Below, in pieces: positions 48,317 through 59,698 of a stretch of DNA of 64,000 bases. The notes under the pieces are model-generated. The model searched no databases. It had not been told where the DNA came from and was given only the letters and a program-made list of their open reading frames with translations. The translations under genes were made by a program, and so were the position numbers. Position 1 is the stretch's first letter, and every line of letters begins with the position of its first letter. Origin of the DNA: Rebecca billardiae RCC1528 (taxonomy: Eukaryota; Protista; Haptophyta); NCBI GenBank assembly GCA_965240325.2, contig OZ251238.1:434001-498000 (forward strand), in the 5' to 3' direction.

Positions 48317-48589
48317 GCGGGTAACTTGGTTGTGACAAGCGCTATATTCAAAAGAATATCTTTCAATATTATCAAGGCGGTTCATCCATCGAGGCAAGCG
48401 GGTAACTGGCTTTAAATAGCGCTATTCAAAAGAATCTCTTCAATATGATGAGGAGGTTCATCCAACGAGACAGGTGGGTAACTTGGTTTAAAATCGCCAT
48501 TCAAAAGAATCTCTTTCAATACCATGAGGCGGTTCATCCATCGAGACATGCGGGTAACTTCTTTTCGCAAGCGCTATTCAAAAGAATCT
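48317..48589. repeat. About 3.5 diverged AT-rich tandem units of 76-81 bp
   Basis: GGGTAACT...ATTCAAAAGAAT...GGTTCATCCA units start at 48317, 48398, 48474 and 48550. Confidence 0.9.
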
Positions 48590-49114
48590 GGCCTCATAGC
48601 TGTTTTCGACCCAAAACAATCAAACGTCGCTCGGCAAACTCGTACTCCAGCATACAAGAAGGACAAAAATACTCACTTGTTTCACCCCCGGGGTATCTGA
48701 TCCCACGTCCGTCCATAGTAGATACAAGAATTGCAGCGGGCGCGGCCTTTTAAGCTGTGATGGACAGCATACCCCCCCTCAAAAAGTCGAAAACTCACCC
48801 TCCAACAGCCCTCAAAATCGTCCCCCATGCCCTTTTCTTTGATCAAAAGATCTTTTTGACAACGTAGTGAGGGCCCCCGGCGGGGGCTCCACGCTACGCG
48901 CTCCGCCCTGCACCGCGGGCCATGACGACGATGATGAGCGCGGTAGCTTTACGTATAGTATACGACACACCGCCACCAGCTGCTGACGATGATGCCTGAT
49001 GGCCGGCATGGCCGCCGCCGGCGCCGCCCTTGCGTCGTCATTGCGCGCGGGCTGCGCGCGTCCGGGCAGCACCGGGCGCGGCCGGCGCGCTGCTGTCGCG
49101 ACGACGCTCACCCT

Positions 49115-50938
49115 TCAGCCGGCGAAGGACAGGTGTGCGAAGCCGTCCTGGCCACGGGCAAGGTCACCTGCCGTGAGCTCGCCGTCTGGCCCACTCGGCG
49201 ACTTGGCGGGTGCCAATGATGACGACGACGCTTTGCCATCCGAGGACGACTCGAGACTGTGCTCGCCACCACCGTGATCGCCCCCGCGCCTGTGCCGCCC
49301 GCGCCTGCCCGCGCCCTCGGCATGCCGCCCTGCACGGTTGCGGTGCGTGCGCGTAGCCTCTGTGGGAGGGGCCTGCGCGCCGACCGGCCGCACACTGGCA
49401 TCGCTGCCGTTTGGGCTGGCGCCCAGCGCGGGCGAGCTGAAGAGGGCGTCGCTTGCGCCGGCCAGCTGAGACAGCCATGCGGGCGGCTGCGGGAGCGGGA
49501 GATGTGCCCCGCCCGGCTTGAGCACCTCCTTGCACGCCTCGCTCGACGCCCACTCGCGCCTGCCGAGGACGGCGAGTCGATGGAGCTGCTGCCACGCGCA
49601 CGAGACGAAGCGCGCCAGGGCCCGCACGTCCGCCGACGGCGCCCAGCCCTCGTGCAGCTGCACCGCGACGCCTTGCAGCGCGCGCTGTAGGGGGCACGCA
49701 GCGCCGCTCGCCGTGTTGTACCCGCTCGGCCTGTCCAGCGCCGAGCGGTACCGCACCACCTCCTCGTCCGGGGAGCCGCGCAGCACGAGCGGCGGCACCC
49801 CGCCCGCGAGCACGGCGGAGGTGGCGTTCCAAAGCGCTTCCTCGGACGAGTCCTGGAGACTGAGCAGCACGTCCACGATCAGGTCGGACGCGCCGCGGTG
49901 CGCGGGCTGCACGAAGGTGCCGCCGCGCGTCGAGACCTGCGCGATCGGCTCGAGGCCGGCGTGCCCGCTCGTGCCCGGCCGACGCACGCACAGGTCGGCC
50001 GAGAGGTTGGGCACCAGCAGGATGTCCGCGGGCGAGTCGACCTGGCCCACAAAGACGCCCGCGACGTGGAGCCGGCGCGGGCCCGACCAGAGCAGCTGCA
50101 GCTCGTGACGGACATCCGCGAGCGCGAACGGGAGGACCAGCTGGTCCGGCTGCCCGCACCGTCGCGCGCGCCGCGTGCGCGCGTCCTCGCCCGGAGGCGG
50201 GCCGGGCCGCTCCCCGTCGGGCGTCTCGGCCGCCCCCAGCTCGAGCCGGCGGCGCTGGGCAATGGGGATGCGCACGGGCACGCCGAACATGGCCGTACTG
50301 CGGAGCGCGCCCGCGACGTCGACGTCGATTGGATCGGCCATGCGGTTCGCCGCGATGTTGAACACCTCGCCCAGCGCGTCTGCGTCGACCACGTGCACGC
50401 GCACGTCCAGGCCGACCTCGTGCGCGCCGGGCCGAATGTCAAAAGCTGGGATGCTCACCCGCGCGGCCGGGCGCGCGAGTGCCCGCGTGGGCGAGCTCGG
50501 CAGCGCGACGCTCACCGTCGTCGGATCCACAGCCAGCGCGAACGCCGATGGCGACTCGAGCCTCACGCGCACGTCTATCCGCACCTGCTCCTCGCATAGG
50601 CTCGTGCTGTTGAGCTGCACCACACGCACGTGCAGGCACTCGGCCAGCTGCATGTACGACAGCGCAACGGCGAGCAGATACGCAAGCAACGCCGCGATGA
50701 GCGCGCAGCACGCGCATGCACCCATGAGGCGACATTTGCGATTGCCGCGGTCGCAGCGGAACGGTTCGGCCCGCAGCTCGTCCAGCATCTCAGCCAGCGA
50801 GCGCATGCCCGCTGCTGACGCGGCATGGCCGTGCGCGTCCTGCTGCGTGTCGGCCGGGCTCTGTTCTATCAGCACGGCGGCGTGCTTGGACGCAGCACTT
50901 TCGTGCTGCCTGACGGCGGCGATGCCAGCCCACGACAT
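49115..50938 (-). CDS. Membrane-anchored LEA_2/WHy-like beta-sandwich protein
   Basis: Single TM (CCALIAALLAYLLAVAL) followed by alternating beta pattern VRIDVRVRLESPS.FALAV...IPAFDIRPG; first in-frame ATG at 50938. Confidence 0.6.
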   Translation of the reverse strand: MSWAGIAAVRQHESAASKHAAVLIEQSPADTQQDAHGHAASAAGMRSLAEMLDELRAEPFRCDRGNRKCRLMGACACCALIAALLAYLLAVALSYMQLAECLHVRVVQLNSTSLCEEQVRIDVRVRLESPSAFALAVDPTTVSVALPSSPTRALARPAARVSIPAFDIRPGAHEVGLDVRVHVVDADALGEVFNIAANRMADPIDVDVAGALRSTAMFGVPVRIPIAQRRRLELGAAETPDGERPGPPPGEDARTRRARRCGQPDQLVLPFALADVRHELQLLWSGPRRLHVAGVFVGQVDSPADILLVPNLSADLCVRRPGTSGHAGLEPIAQVSTRGGTFVQPAHRGASDLIVDVLLSLQDSSEEALWNATSAVLAGGVPPLVLRGSPDEEVVRYRSALDRPSGYNTASGAACPLQRALQGVAVQLHEGWAPSADVRALARFVSCAWQQLHRLAVLGRREWASSEACKEVLKPGGAHLPLPQPPAWLSQLAGASDALFSSPALGASPNGSDASVRPVGAQAPPTEATRTHRNRAGRHAEGAGRRGRHRRGGDHGGGEHSLESSSDGKASSSSLAPAKSPSGPDGELTAGDLARGQDGFAHLSFAG

Positions 50939-51154
50939 TGACCACGGCGAGTACTCACTGGCGCGGTCCGTGGGCACGACGCGTCATGCCGATCCACCGC
51001 GTTTGCAGCCGGCGGCCGCTGGGCGGCGGAGCAGTGACGGACTCATCAGTCCGGAAAGCCAGCTCAGCCGCTCAGGTCCGGCGAGTCCGGCGCGTTGATC
51101 AGGCATCAACTCCGGGGACGTCGACTGTGCTTGCGAGTGGAGGCGGTGACGACG

Positions 51155-51514
51155 ATGAGGCTCCTCTCGCTGCTGCTCGCGGCCTTCGCGGCGTGCGCTT
51201 CGGCGGCGTCAGCGGACGTGGCATTCGTCGCACCGCGTGCGGTTGGTCTCGTCCAGCGCAGTCCCGCCTGCTCGACCGTGGCTGGTGTCGAGATGCGCGG
51301 CGCGGTGAAGAGCACAAAGCTCAAGGGCGCCAAGGTGAGGTCGGCGGTCGCAAAGCGCATGAAGGTGACTGCGGGCGGCAAGATCCTGCGCCGGAAGGCG
51401 AACAAGCAGCACCTGCTGTCGAGCAAGCCGCACAAGAACAAGAAGGCCGCGTCCAAGATTGGCAAGGTCTCCGACGCCATGCTCAAGAACTACCTGCAGA
51501 TCCTGCAGCCGTAA
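51155..51514 (+). CDS. rpl35: Plastid ribosomal protein bL35 with bipartite presequence
   Basis: Signal peptide + AFVAP, then KVRSAVAKRMKVTAGGKILRRKANKQHLLSSK (L35 signature). Confidence 0.92.
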   Translation: MRLLSLLLAAFAACASAASADVAFVAPRAVGLVQRSPACSTVAGVEMRGAVKSTKLKGAKVRSAVAKRMKVTAGGKILRRKANKQHLLSSKPHKNKKAASKIGKVSDAMLKNYLQILQP

Positions 51515-52329
51515 TTACGCCTGCGCCAGATGACTGCAAGGAGGTGAAGGCAGCGCGGGCTCGCGGGAATCCTCGTCCAGCCAGCGCACGCCTCTCGCAC
51601 GCGCGCGCAGGATCGCGATGAGACGCAACCGCATGCTCTCCGGCGCTCTGGTTCTGCACACGCAGGCTGTCTGCGCCAGCGCGGCTGAGACGGCAAGCTG
51701 GTGTGGGGGATCGGCAGCTCGGGTGCAGCGCGCTTGCGCTGGTGCTACGCGATGGCATGACTTGTCGGGGGGCTGGTTCCAGGTGGACGGGCAAGCGCTC
51801 GGACCGCGGGCACGTGTTGCCGGCTGCTCTGGTTCGGCTACCCCGACGACAGTGCCCGTGACCAGTGCCTTCCAACGAGCGCGATGTGCTCAGTGACCGC
51901 GGTGTAATACTGTAGTCACTGTACTAATGCGTTCGGTCCGACACTCTCCGACCGGTCGCGCGGGCGCTGGAACAGCGGCACCATCAGCGCCAGCATCGGC
52001 CATAGTCTATATATATATATTCAATGATGTGTCATGTTAGATCAGTGATGCTGTTCGGTAACTTTAATATTGAACATGATATTTATTAATTATTTTGATA
52101 CATCTGACGCTCGGTGACCTCCGGTCCGCAGCTCCGAGCTCGGCGGGCCACTCACTCTAGTAGTAGTATTACTAATTACTGATCACGGCTGGACTCATGT
52201 AAGTCAGCACTCATCTAATAATTCCATATGCCCGTGCTGATATTAGCCTAATTCAGAGGTCAGGCCGCAGGCGGGGACCAATGCGGACCCGCATATTCCG
52301 GATGAAGATTGAAGAATGAAGATCACGTA

Positions 52330-52580
52330 CAGTTGACTACTCAGTTGTCAGTTTACTAAGAATAAGAGACGCACACTGCACTCTGCAGCTCAGGCAGGCG
52401 AGATCAGTGACGCCCGCCAACCGTGTAATCACCGCCCATGAACTGAAGCCGTCGCCGATGGTAGCGCCGCCGGAAAAATTCGTTCAGCCGTCCGCCTGCG
52501 AGGCCTGGATGAGGGCTGCGGCCGCCTCGCGGCGCGCCAGCGCCCGTCGTCCTCGCCCCACCGTCGTCCGCAAAACGTCG
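52330..52580 (+). repeat. Solo TA|CAGTTTAC repeat end with small insertions
   Basis: Matches the reverse complement of 39309-39518 and stops about 20 bp before the element at 52601. Confidence 0.85.
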
Positions 52581-52600
52581 TATGAGTATTACTCTCATAT

Positions 52601-54683
52601 GACCGCGTTCCGCGGTCTTTTTCCGTAGAACGAACGTAGTTCGGGGCCCGCGGCGCACCCTCCGTCGGCTGCTGTCTCAGTCTGACATGTGTAACAGTTC
52701 GCCTGAGCTGCCACCGCCAACTCAGTCACTGCCGCCCACCGGGCCGGCGGGCCGAGGACTGTCGCCGCGGGTCCGCGGGCCGCCGCGGGGACTAGCGGCC
52801 GGCGCGCGCGCGCAGGCAGGGCGAGAGGCGCTGGCGCGGCGCGAGCCGGCGCGTGCGCGCGAGCGGGCGCACCTGCTTGAGGTACTCGCCCTGCGCCATG
52901 CGCTCGACGACGGGCCGCTGGTCGCTCGTGCCGGCAGAGCGAGAGCGCGCGCCACTGCTGGCCCCGGCCTGCCGGCTGCGCAGCCTCGCACCGAGACCGA
53001 CCGAGCGGAGCTCGGGGCGGTGGAACGAGGCGAGCGGCGCGTCGCGCCTGCCGCCGCGCGTGCGCGCCTGCTCCACCGCGCCGCCGTGCTCGCCCGCCGC
53101 CTCCTCCGCCGCGTCGGCCTCGAAGACGGCGGCTGCCAGCGGCAGGCTGAGCCGCGCGCCGGCTCACTCACACTGTGAGTCACACCCGCGGTCGCCTCGA
53201 CGGCCAACTATCCACAGCTGCTCGAGCTGCTGGAGGGCGCCGCGACGATGGCGGCGCGGGCGCCCAGCGCGTCCGTTGCCGCGTCGCTCAGCTCGTCGAG
53301 CTCGGCGCCGCACTTCGCCAGCTTGGCGCCTAGCGCCTCCGCGTGTCACGTGCTTAATCGTGCACGTCAGCCTGCTGATACGCCGCCGCCCATCGGCACT
53401 TCTGGCATCTGCGCGCGCAGCTGCTGCAGCTCGACGGCGGAGTCGTCGCGGCTGGCGGCGAGGGTGCGCACCGCGTCGATTGCCGAGGCCTGCAGCCCGG
53501 TGATCGCCGCGTCGACGCGCGCGGCGATTTCCCCACGCAGCCTCCTCGCGCCACGTGGCCGCCGCTCGCGTGGCAGGCAGCTGGGCGCCGCTGCGCGACC
53601 CGGAACCGGCGCGCGTTTCACGGATGCTCCTGCTCGTCCTCACGCTGCTGCACCTCCGCGCCGCCGTCGACCGAGTTGAGGAGGAGCTCGCGCTCGGCGT
53701 CGAGGCGCGAGCTCGCGTGCTCGAGCTCTGCGCGGGCAGAGCTGATGAGCCGGATGCGCCCGGCGGGCGCATCCGGCTCATCAGCTCTGCCGCGCTGCCC
53801 GCTCGCTCGCAGCGGCGCGCTCTGCTCCGGGCCGCCGTCGACTGAGTTGAGGAGGAGCTCGGGCTCGGCGTCGAGGCGCGAGCTCGCGTGCTCGAGCTCG
53901 CCCTTCAGCCGCGCGAGCTCCGGGCGCATCCGGCTCATCAGCTCTGCCGCGCCGCTCGCTCGGCGGCGGCGGGCGGCGCGCTCTGCTCCGGTCGGCGAGC
54001 GACGAGCTCGCGTGCTCCGGACTCGGCTCGCCCTTGCGCGCTGCTCCTCGAGTGACGAACGCGCCCGCGGGCAGGTTGTTGCCCGTCGCCCCCGCCGCGA
54101 TCTCGCCGCCCCCGCCGCGATCTCGTCGCGCATGTGTCCGTGGCGCGCGCCTGCGAGGTGACAGGCGGGCCGCGAGCTCAGCCTCGGGGAGAGCGGAGCG
54201 AGGAGAGGGCGAGACGCGCGGCCTGCGAGGCGACAGGCGCGCTCGGGGAGAGCATTTTACCATTCACATTTACAAGTGATCAAGTTTCCCGTGCGCCTGC
54301 GAGGCGACAGGCGCGCTCGGGGAGAGCATTTTACTATTCACATTTACAAGTGATCAAGTTTCCCGAGCCCTTGCCTTGCCGTTTTTATCGGTTGGCGGTT
54401 GGCGGCAATCTCATACTTAAAATCGCGCTCGTAACGAACCGTTACACTAATGTCACGTCCAGCTGACGTCCAGATCGCACTTTACTTAAGGGAATCAGCT
54501 GGACGCGCTTATTTTCGGCCTAATAGACCTCTCTATGCGATCTCAAAAACTCGAAACTCGGTCTCCGCCAGCCCTAAAAATCGCCCCCCGTCCCTTTTTT
54601 CTTGATCAAAGATCTTTTTGAAACGTGGTTCGGGCCCGCTGGTGCGGGCTCCACGCTGCGCGCTCCGCCCTGCACCGCGGGCC
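52601..54683 (-). mobile_element. Non-autonomous asymmetric-IR/terminal-hairpin element (subfamily B, copy 2) with scrambled coding-like cargo
   Basis: Same terminal stem (52601-52617); GGCCCGCGGCGCA (52645-52657) vs terminus 54671-54683 (12/13). About 65 bp and 135 bp of end homology to copy 1, interior unrelated; internal 74-bp-period duplication at 54221-54364. Confidence 0.8.
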
Positions 54684-54812
54684 ATTAGTATTACTGAACT
54701 CAGATATATATATGTGTGATCGCGGGTAGTACACTCCGCAATAGGCAATATCTCAGAGTCAGACTCAGTCCCCGGAGCTGAGGCCCGTAAAGTGTTCGGT
54801 CTGTCGCCTGTA

Positions 54813-54866
54813 CAGTTTACTACTAAGAATAAGAGACGTCGCACACAGCTCAGGCAGGCGAGATTG
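54813..54866 (+). repeat. Short solo TA|CAGTTTAC repeat end
   Basis: CAGTTTAC[TAC]TAAGAATAAGAGACG[TCG]CACACAGCTCAGGCAGGCGAGATTG. Confidence 0.85.
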
Positions 54867-55061
54867 TCTCGGGTGTGCAGTGGTGTCGCACTTCGCAGGT
54901 TCGAGAAGCCGTCGGCGTCGCAGCGTACGTTTTTTTTCAGAGCCAAAAAAGGCGCGCGTTTGCCGCGCGCGTTGTTTTCCGTTTCTTTGTTTTCATCCCC
55001 TCGAACTCGCAAAAGGCTGCGAAAGGACGAGGGCTGCCGAGCCCGAGCGACCCTGTCCGCC

Positions 55062-55606
55062 ATGCTCGCGGCGTGCCGCCGGGGTGGCGCAAGCCGTGTG
55101 CTCGCTCGGCTGGCACGGCGGCACGCCCACGATGCCGTGAAGAAGCCCGAGAAGCCGCCGATCGTCCCGATGTGGAAGACTACCGAGTCGTTCAAGACTA
55201 TCAGCGACCTGCCGCCCCGCGAGGTGCTCAAAGCTGAGCTCGAGCAGATGGCCGAGGAGAAAAATGGCTTCCTGTTCGGAGAAGTGGTGCGTGCGCAGCC
55301 GATGCGCGTGCATCTGGCTGTCTGCGCTGTGCGTGCTGACCTGCCGCGCCCTACCCGTCTCTCCGCGCGCAGCCTCCTCCGCCTGGCCAGTCGCGCAAGT
55401 GGGAGGACTGGGAGCTCCTGTGGCTCGTTGGGATCGGTGGGACGCTGATCTACGTCGCGGTCGGCATGAACTTCAAGCCAGATTGCAACCTGGACACGTG
55501 GGCGCGGTACGAGGCGCTCAAGCGCAAGCGCGCGCTGGAGGAGAGCGGCGAGGACTGGCTCGCGCTCATGCGGGCAGGCGGTGCAGCGCCACCAGTCGAG
55601 GAGTAG
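55062..55606 (+). CDS. NDUFB11: Complex I ESSS subunit (NDUFB11-like); exons 55062-55286, 55373-55606
   Basis: Splicing gives NGFLFGEV-PPPPGQSRKWEDWE, one TM, then KPD.NLDTWAR.EALKR, plus a mitochondrial-type presequence. Exon 2 is not in the ORF track. Confidence 0.88.
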
Positions 55607-56909
55607 GAGCGTGCGGGCGAGGGCGGGCGAGCCTGGGCACGCCGCATCGCTGATGCTCGGGCTGGTCACCAGCGCGATCAGGCCGAGCAGATATTCTCGG
55701 CTCTGGCGGGCGCCTCGCATGCGGCCTGAGTGCGCTCTGACACGGCAGCACACTCGCGGGCGCTGCAGCTGGGGATCGAGACGGCACCCGACGCTCGTTG
55801 GGCGTCGTCTGGCGGCACGCAGGCAGTCGCAGTGGCAGCGGCGTGCTGATCGGGCACTCGACGTGGTGACTCTCGTCGAGTGCCTCGTCAGTGCTGCGTC
55901 GGTGGGATGCGGAATGCGGACCTACACCCTCCGTGGACCGTCGTGTTGATGTCCGCCATCGGCATCGCAGTCGAGTCTGGTGCAGTTCCGACAGGCACCG
56001 CCACCAGTGCCCAGATGGCATCATGGCGCGGGCAGCATGCCAGCGCGCAGGATGTGACTTGTGAGCGAGGATTAAGTTTAAGTTATCAATATCCGGCTCG
56101 TCGGCAGTCGGCGCGACCGCCGCGCGACGGCTAGCCCGCCGCCAGCCCCTGGTCCGAGCCCTACTGAGGATCTTACTGTCTTAGGGCGGATTAGCCATTA
56201 GCGCAGAATAGGATCAGTAGTATAAATAATATAATAATAATAATCAATAATCATGTTAGACATGTAATGAGGCGGCATATGTACGTGATGATATGTCGTC
56301 ATCGTTTATTTAGTTACTGATGACACTAGCGCAGCAGTCATCGTCTCACTCTCAGGCGACGCAGGCGGCTCAGCATCGAAATCGCCTAGTATCGGCAGTA
56401 GTATCACGTCCCGTCGTCCGCGGCGCGGCGGCGCAGTTCGCGTGACGCCCGGTGCCGCCAGGCGCCACCGCACCGAGCGGCGTGAGCCACGTGCGCGGAA
56501 GACATGCGACGTAGTCTTAGATGGAATTCCCGTCGGACAGTCGCGGTAGACGAATGACCGTGTGACGGCCACTGGTCGATCTCGATGGCGTCCGGCTTGC
56601 CCGATGGCGATGATCGACGACGTCGACAGAGACCCGCGGGACCTCGTCCGGGTCCGGGAGGCGGTCGCCGGCTCACGATGATCAGGTGGAGCAGTCGTAG
56701 TGGCATCGAATCGTTGCAGCTCGCACGGACCGTCGCGGGCGCAACGCACGTGACCGCCGTCGTGCCGCAAGCGGCAGGCCCACGATTGTCGCGGAAGGAC
56801 TGCTGGCTGGACGCCTCGCGCTCACTGCGGGCGCGGTGAGCGGCACCCCGGCCCCGCCATCACCGCATCAGCCTTCGGCCCGGCGCGAGCGCGCAGGTAG
56901 CGGCTGGGA

Positions 56910-57989
56910 TCACTCGACGGTATCCAGCGCGTTGTCCTCCTCATCCTGCGCCGCCGTCTCGAGCAGGTCCGACAACTTCTGCTGCAGCTCCGCAGCCAAC
57001 TCTTCCGCCCGATCCGCCTGCGCGGCGACGGCGACGCGACAACCGGGTGCGCGGGCGGTGCGATGCGTGAGGCAGCTGGCCCTCGAGCGAGCTCGCGCGA
57101 GCGTGGTGGGGCGTGGGCGCAGCGCGCGACCCGGCGCGGCGCGCACCCCGTCGGCGATCGCCACGATCCCCGCCTTGGCCGCGTTGTACTCGGCCTCTAG
57201 CCGCTTGAGCTCGTGCTGCTTGGCCATCAGCCGTCCCCGCGCCTCGTGCTCGTAGGCCAGCATGTCCGCCAGCTTGCCCTCGAGGTCCTTGATCAAGTTG
57301 GCGCGCGCCTGCCGCCGCACGATGATCTGCTCCTTTGCGGCCTGCTTCTTCAGCTCCGCCAGCCGCGCCAGCTCCACTTTGCGCGCGCGCTCGATGTCCT
57401 CCTTGCTCTTGAGCGAGAGGTGGTAGGTGAGGGACTTGGAGTTGATCCACGAGAACGCGTTGTCCCAGATCACGTAGCAGGTGCCGGTTGTGTGGATGTC
57501 GAGCTGGCCCTCGCGCGCGGTCGAGCGCGCAGGGACGACCAACTGCGTGCGACGGGCCGCCCCGGCGCGCGCGAGCGAGGGTCGCGGCCGTCAGTCGGTG
57601 TCGCGCGCCGCTCCGCGCGCGGGGCCACTCGGACCCGTCCAGGACCGCACGCGCGCCGCCGCGTGCGCACCGTCTGTGCCGTGGATCCCTCCGCGTCCTC
57701 GAGAAACTTGAGGGAGAAGTCCACATCGTAACCCTCGTCCACCTCGAAGCGGATGCGCAGCACGCTCGGACGGTCCACCTTAATCGGCAGCTCGAAGATG
57801 CCGCCCGCCTGGATCACCATCCCACTCGAGGCCAGCACCACCTCGCCCATCCCTTCCTTCGTCCTGCGCGGTGGCGGCCGGACGAGGGACGGCCGTGCCG
57901 CGCGTCGGCGCGTGCGCAGGCGGCGCGGTGCGGGCGCGGCGGCCGGGCGCGTGCGCCCCCGCCGCGCACCCATTCCCTGCAGCCGCCAT
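56910..57989 (-). CDS. GOLD-domain + coiled-coil protein; exons 57989-57970, 57863-57671, 57542-57147, 57017-56910
   Basis: YDVDFSL and GTCYVIWDNAFSWINSKSLTY are ACBD3/SEC14-type GOLD motifs; GT-AG introns keep frame; first micro-exon is inferred. Confidence 0.8.
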
Positions 57990-58119
57990 CCCGGCGCTGT
58001 CGTCCGCGCGGAGGTTGACGCGGCGACCTCGCGAGGCCTCGCTGGCCACTGCACGCCGATGAATCTGTGCTCTACCTGCCGCCTTGCGCCGGACTTGCAC
58101 AGGTGCAAGTGTGGCCACG

Positions 58120-59523
58120 ATGGCGGCGGCGTCGCCGTTGGTGGCCATCTTGTGTGGCCTGCTCGCGTGCGCGCGGAGCGCTGGCACGCCACTGCCGGAC
58201 GACGGCACCATCGAGCCCATTCGCACCGTGCAGCGCTGCCCGCTCGGCTCCCGCCGGTGCACGCCGGCGTGCGAGTGGCCGCACGCGCAGTGCAACGCGC
58301 ACATCGATCCGAGCGAACGCGAGCGCGTCGCGGTCGTGATCACCGCGTGGGGGCGGTCGGGCACGACGTTCCTGGGCGAGCTGCTGCAGCGGAACGGCCG
58401 CTTCCTCTACGTCTACGAGCCCATCCGCTCGCAGTTCCGCGCGCACTTCGGCGCGCCGGTCGCCAACCACGGCGAGAGCTCGGCCGACTTCCTCGTGCGC
58501 GTGGCCGACTGCGCGCCGCACCGGCGCGACCGCGCGTTCCTCTTCAAGGACAAGCCGGGGCTCGCGCGCGGCGGGCTGTGCGGGAGCTCGCCGCCCGAGG
58601 TGGTCGGCCTTTGCCGCTGCAAGCACACCGCCGTCAAGACCATCCGCATCAACGGCGAGCTCGAGCACCTGCTGCACGCGCTGCGCAGCACCAACCGCTC
58701 CACATACGAGTCAGGGCGCGCCACGCACGCGCGCCCGATCAAGGGCGGGGCGGAGGAGCTGGTCCCGCCGAGGATGGCGCGCACGGTGCACGTGGTCCAC
58801 CTCATCCGCGACCCGCGCGCCCTGCTCAACTCGTGGCAGACCCTGCCCGGCTTCACCCAGTTCACCCGCCGCACGCCCGCGCGCAAGGCGTACCAGCTCG
58901 CGCAGCAGCTGTGCAGCAAGAGCATGCGCGACTATGCGCACGGCCGCGCGCCCGCCGTCACCGCGCCGGGCGTCGAGCGCCGCGCGACGTACACGCTGGT
59001 GCGCTTCGAGGACCTCGCGCTGCGCCCCGTACAGACCGCGCGCGCGCTGTACCGCAGCCTCGGGCTCGAGCTGCCGCGCCGGCTCATGCAGTGGGTGAAT
59101 GAGTCGACGCACGCCGAGCGCGGGCGCGCGCCCGCCGCGCTCGAGGCGGTGGCACACGGCGACGTGAGCGCCGTATTGCGCAACCCGCACAGCACGCTGC
59201 GCGACTCGCACGCCGTCGTCTTCAAGTGGCGACGGACGCTCCACCCCGAGCACATCAAGGCCATCAGCGAGGGCTGCGGCTCCTTCCTGCGCCAGTTCGG
59301 CTACCCGACGGCGGACGACCCCCGCGCGCTCGCCTCGGACGACAACGTGAGAGGCGGCGACAAGCTGCTCAACATGGGCGAGCCCGACAACGAAAAGCCG
59401 ATCACTGTCCGGGGCCGCGCGCTGCGTAGCGGCCTTGACGCCCTGGACGGCAGGTGGGCATCGCGACGAAGCGGCCGCGCGAGCGCTGCCGCTCGTGTGA
59501 GCCTTAACAACAGTCAGCCATGA
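58120..59523 (+). CDS. Secretory-pathway carbohydrate sulfotransferase (CHST1/GlcNAc6ST-like)
   Basis: 5'-PSB WGRSGTTFLGELL...YEP, 3'-PB HLIRDPRALLNS, VRFEDL; N-terminal signal/anchor. Confidence 0.9.
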   Translation: MAAASPLVAILCGLLACARSAGTPLPDDGTIEPIRTVQRCPLGSRRCTPACEWPHAQCNAHIDPSERERVAVVITAWGRSGTTFLGELLQRNGRFLYVYEPIRSQFRAHFGAPVANHGESSADFLVRVADCAPHRRDRAFLFKDKPGLARGGLCGSSPPEVVGLCRCKHTAVKTIRINGELEHLLHALRSTNRSTYESGRATHARPIKGGAEELVPPRMARTVHVVHLIRDPRALLNSWQTLPGFTQFTRRTPARKAYQLAQQLCSKSMRDYAHGRAPAVTAPGVERRATYTLVRFEDLALRPVQTARALYRSLGLELPRRLMQWVNESTHAERGRAPAALEAVAHGDVSAVLRNPHSTLRDSHAVVFKWRRTLHPEHIKAISEGCGSFLRQFGYPTADDPRALASDDNVRGGDKLLNMGEPDNEKPITVRGRALRSGLDALDGRWASRRSGRASAAARVSLNNSQP

Positions 59524-59698
59524 AACGCAAACCGCGCGACTCGTGAGATGTGGATTACTGGATTGTGGGATGCGCTTGATGACGAGATCGCGTTTACTAT
59601 CTCGCAATTAGCCGGCCAGTACAGGCCGAGAGAGCACATTATCAATTTTACCCGCGCGTCGCGAACACGGAGTCCCGACGCCGACGCGTGCGTGCAAG

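Larger units (their letters stand above)
46251..48921 (-). mobile_element. Non-autonomous asymmetric-IR/terminal-hairpin element (subfamily B, copy 1)
   Basis: Terminal stem GACCGCG-TTC-CGCGGTC (46251-46267); 13-bp GGCCCGCGGTGCA (46293-46305) is the inverse of the other terminus (48909-48921). Both ends are homologous to 52601-54683; flanks AT|...|AT. Confidence 0.8.

Noticed and set aside
47626-48589. Repeat arrays as CRISPR or as a repeat protein
   Set aside because: The units are contiguous with no unique spacers, no cas genes are present, the context is eukaryotic, and the translated frames are featureless.
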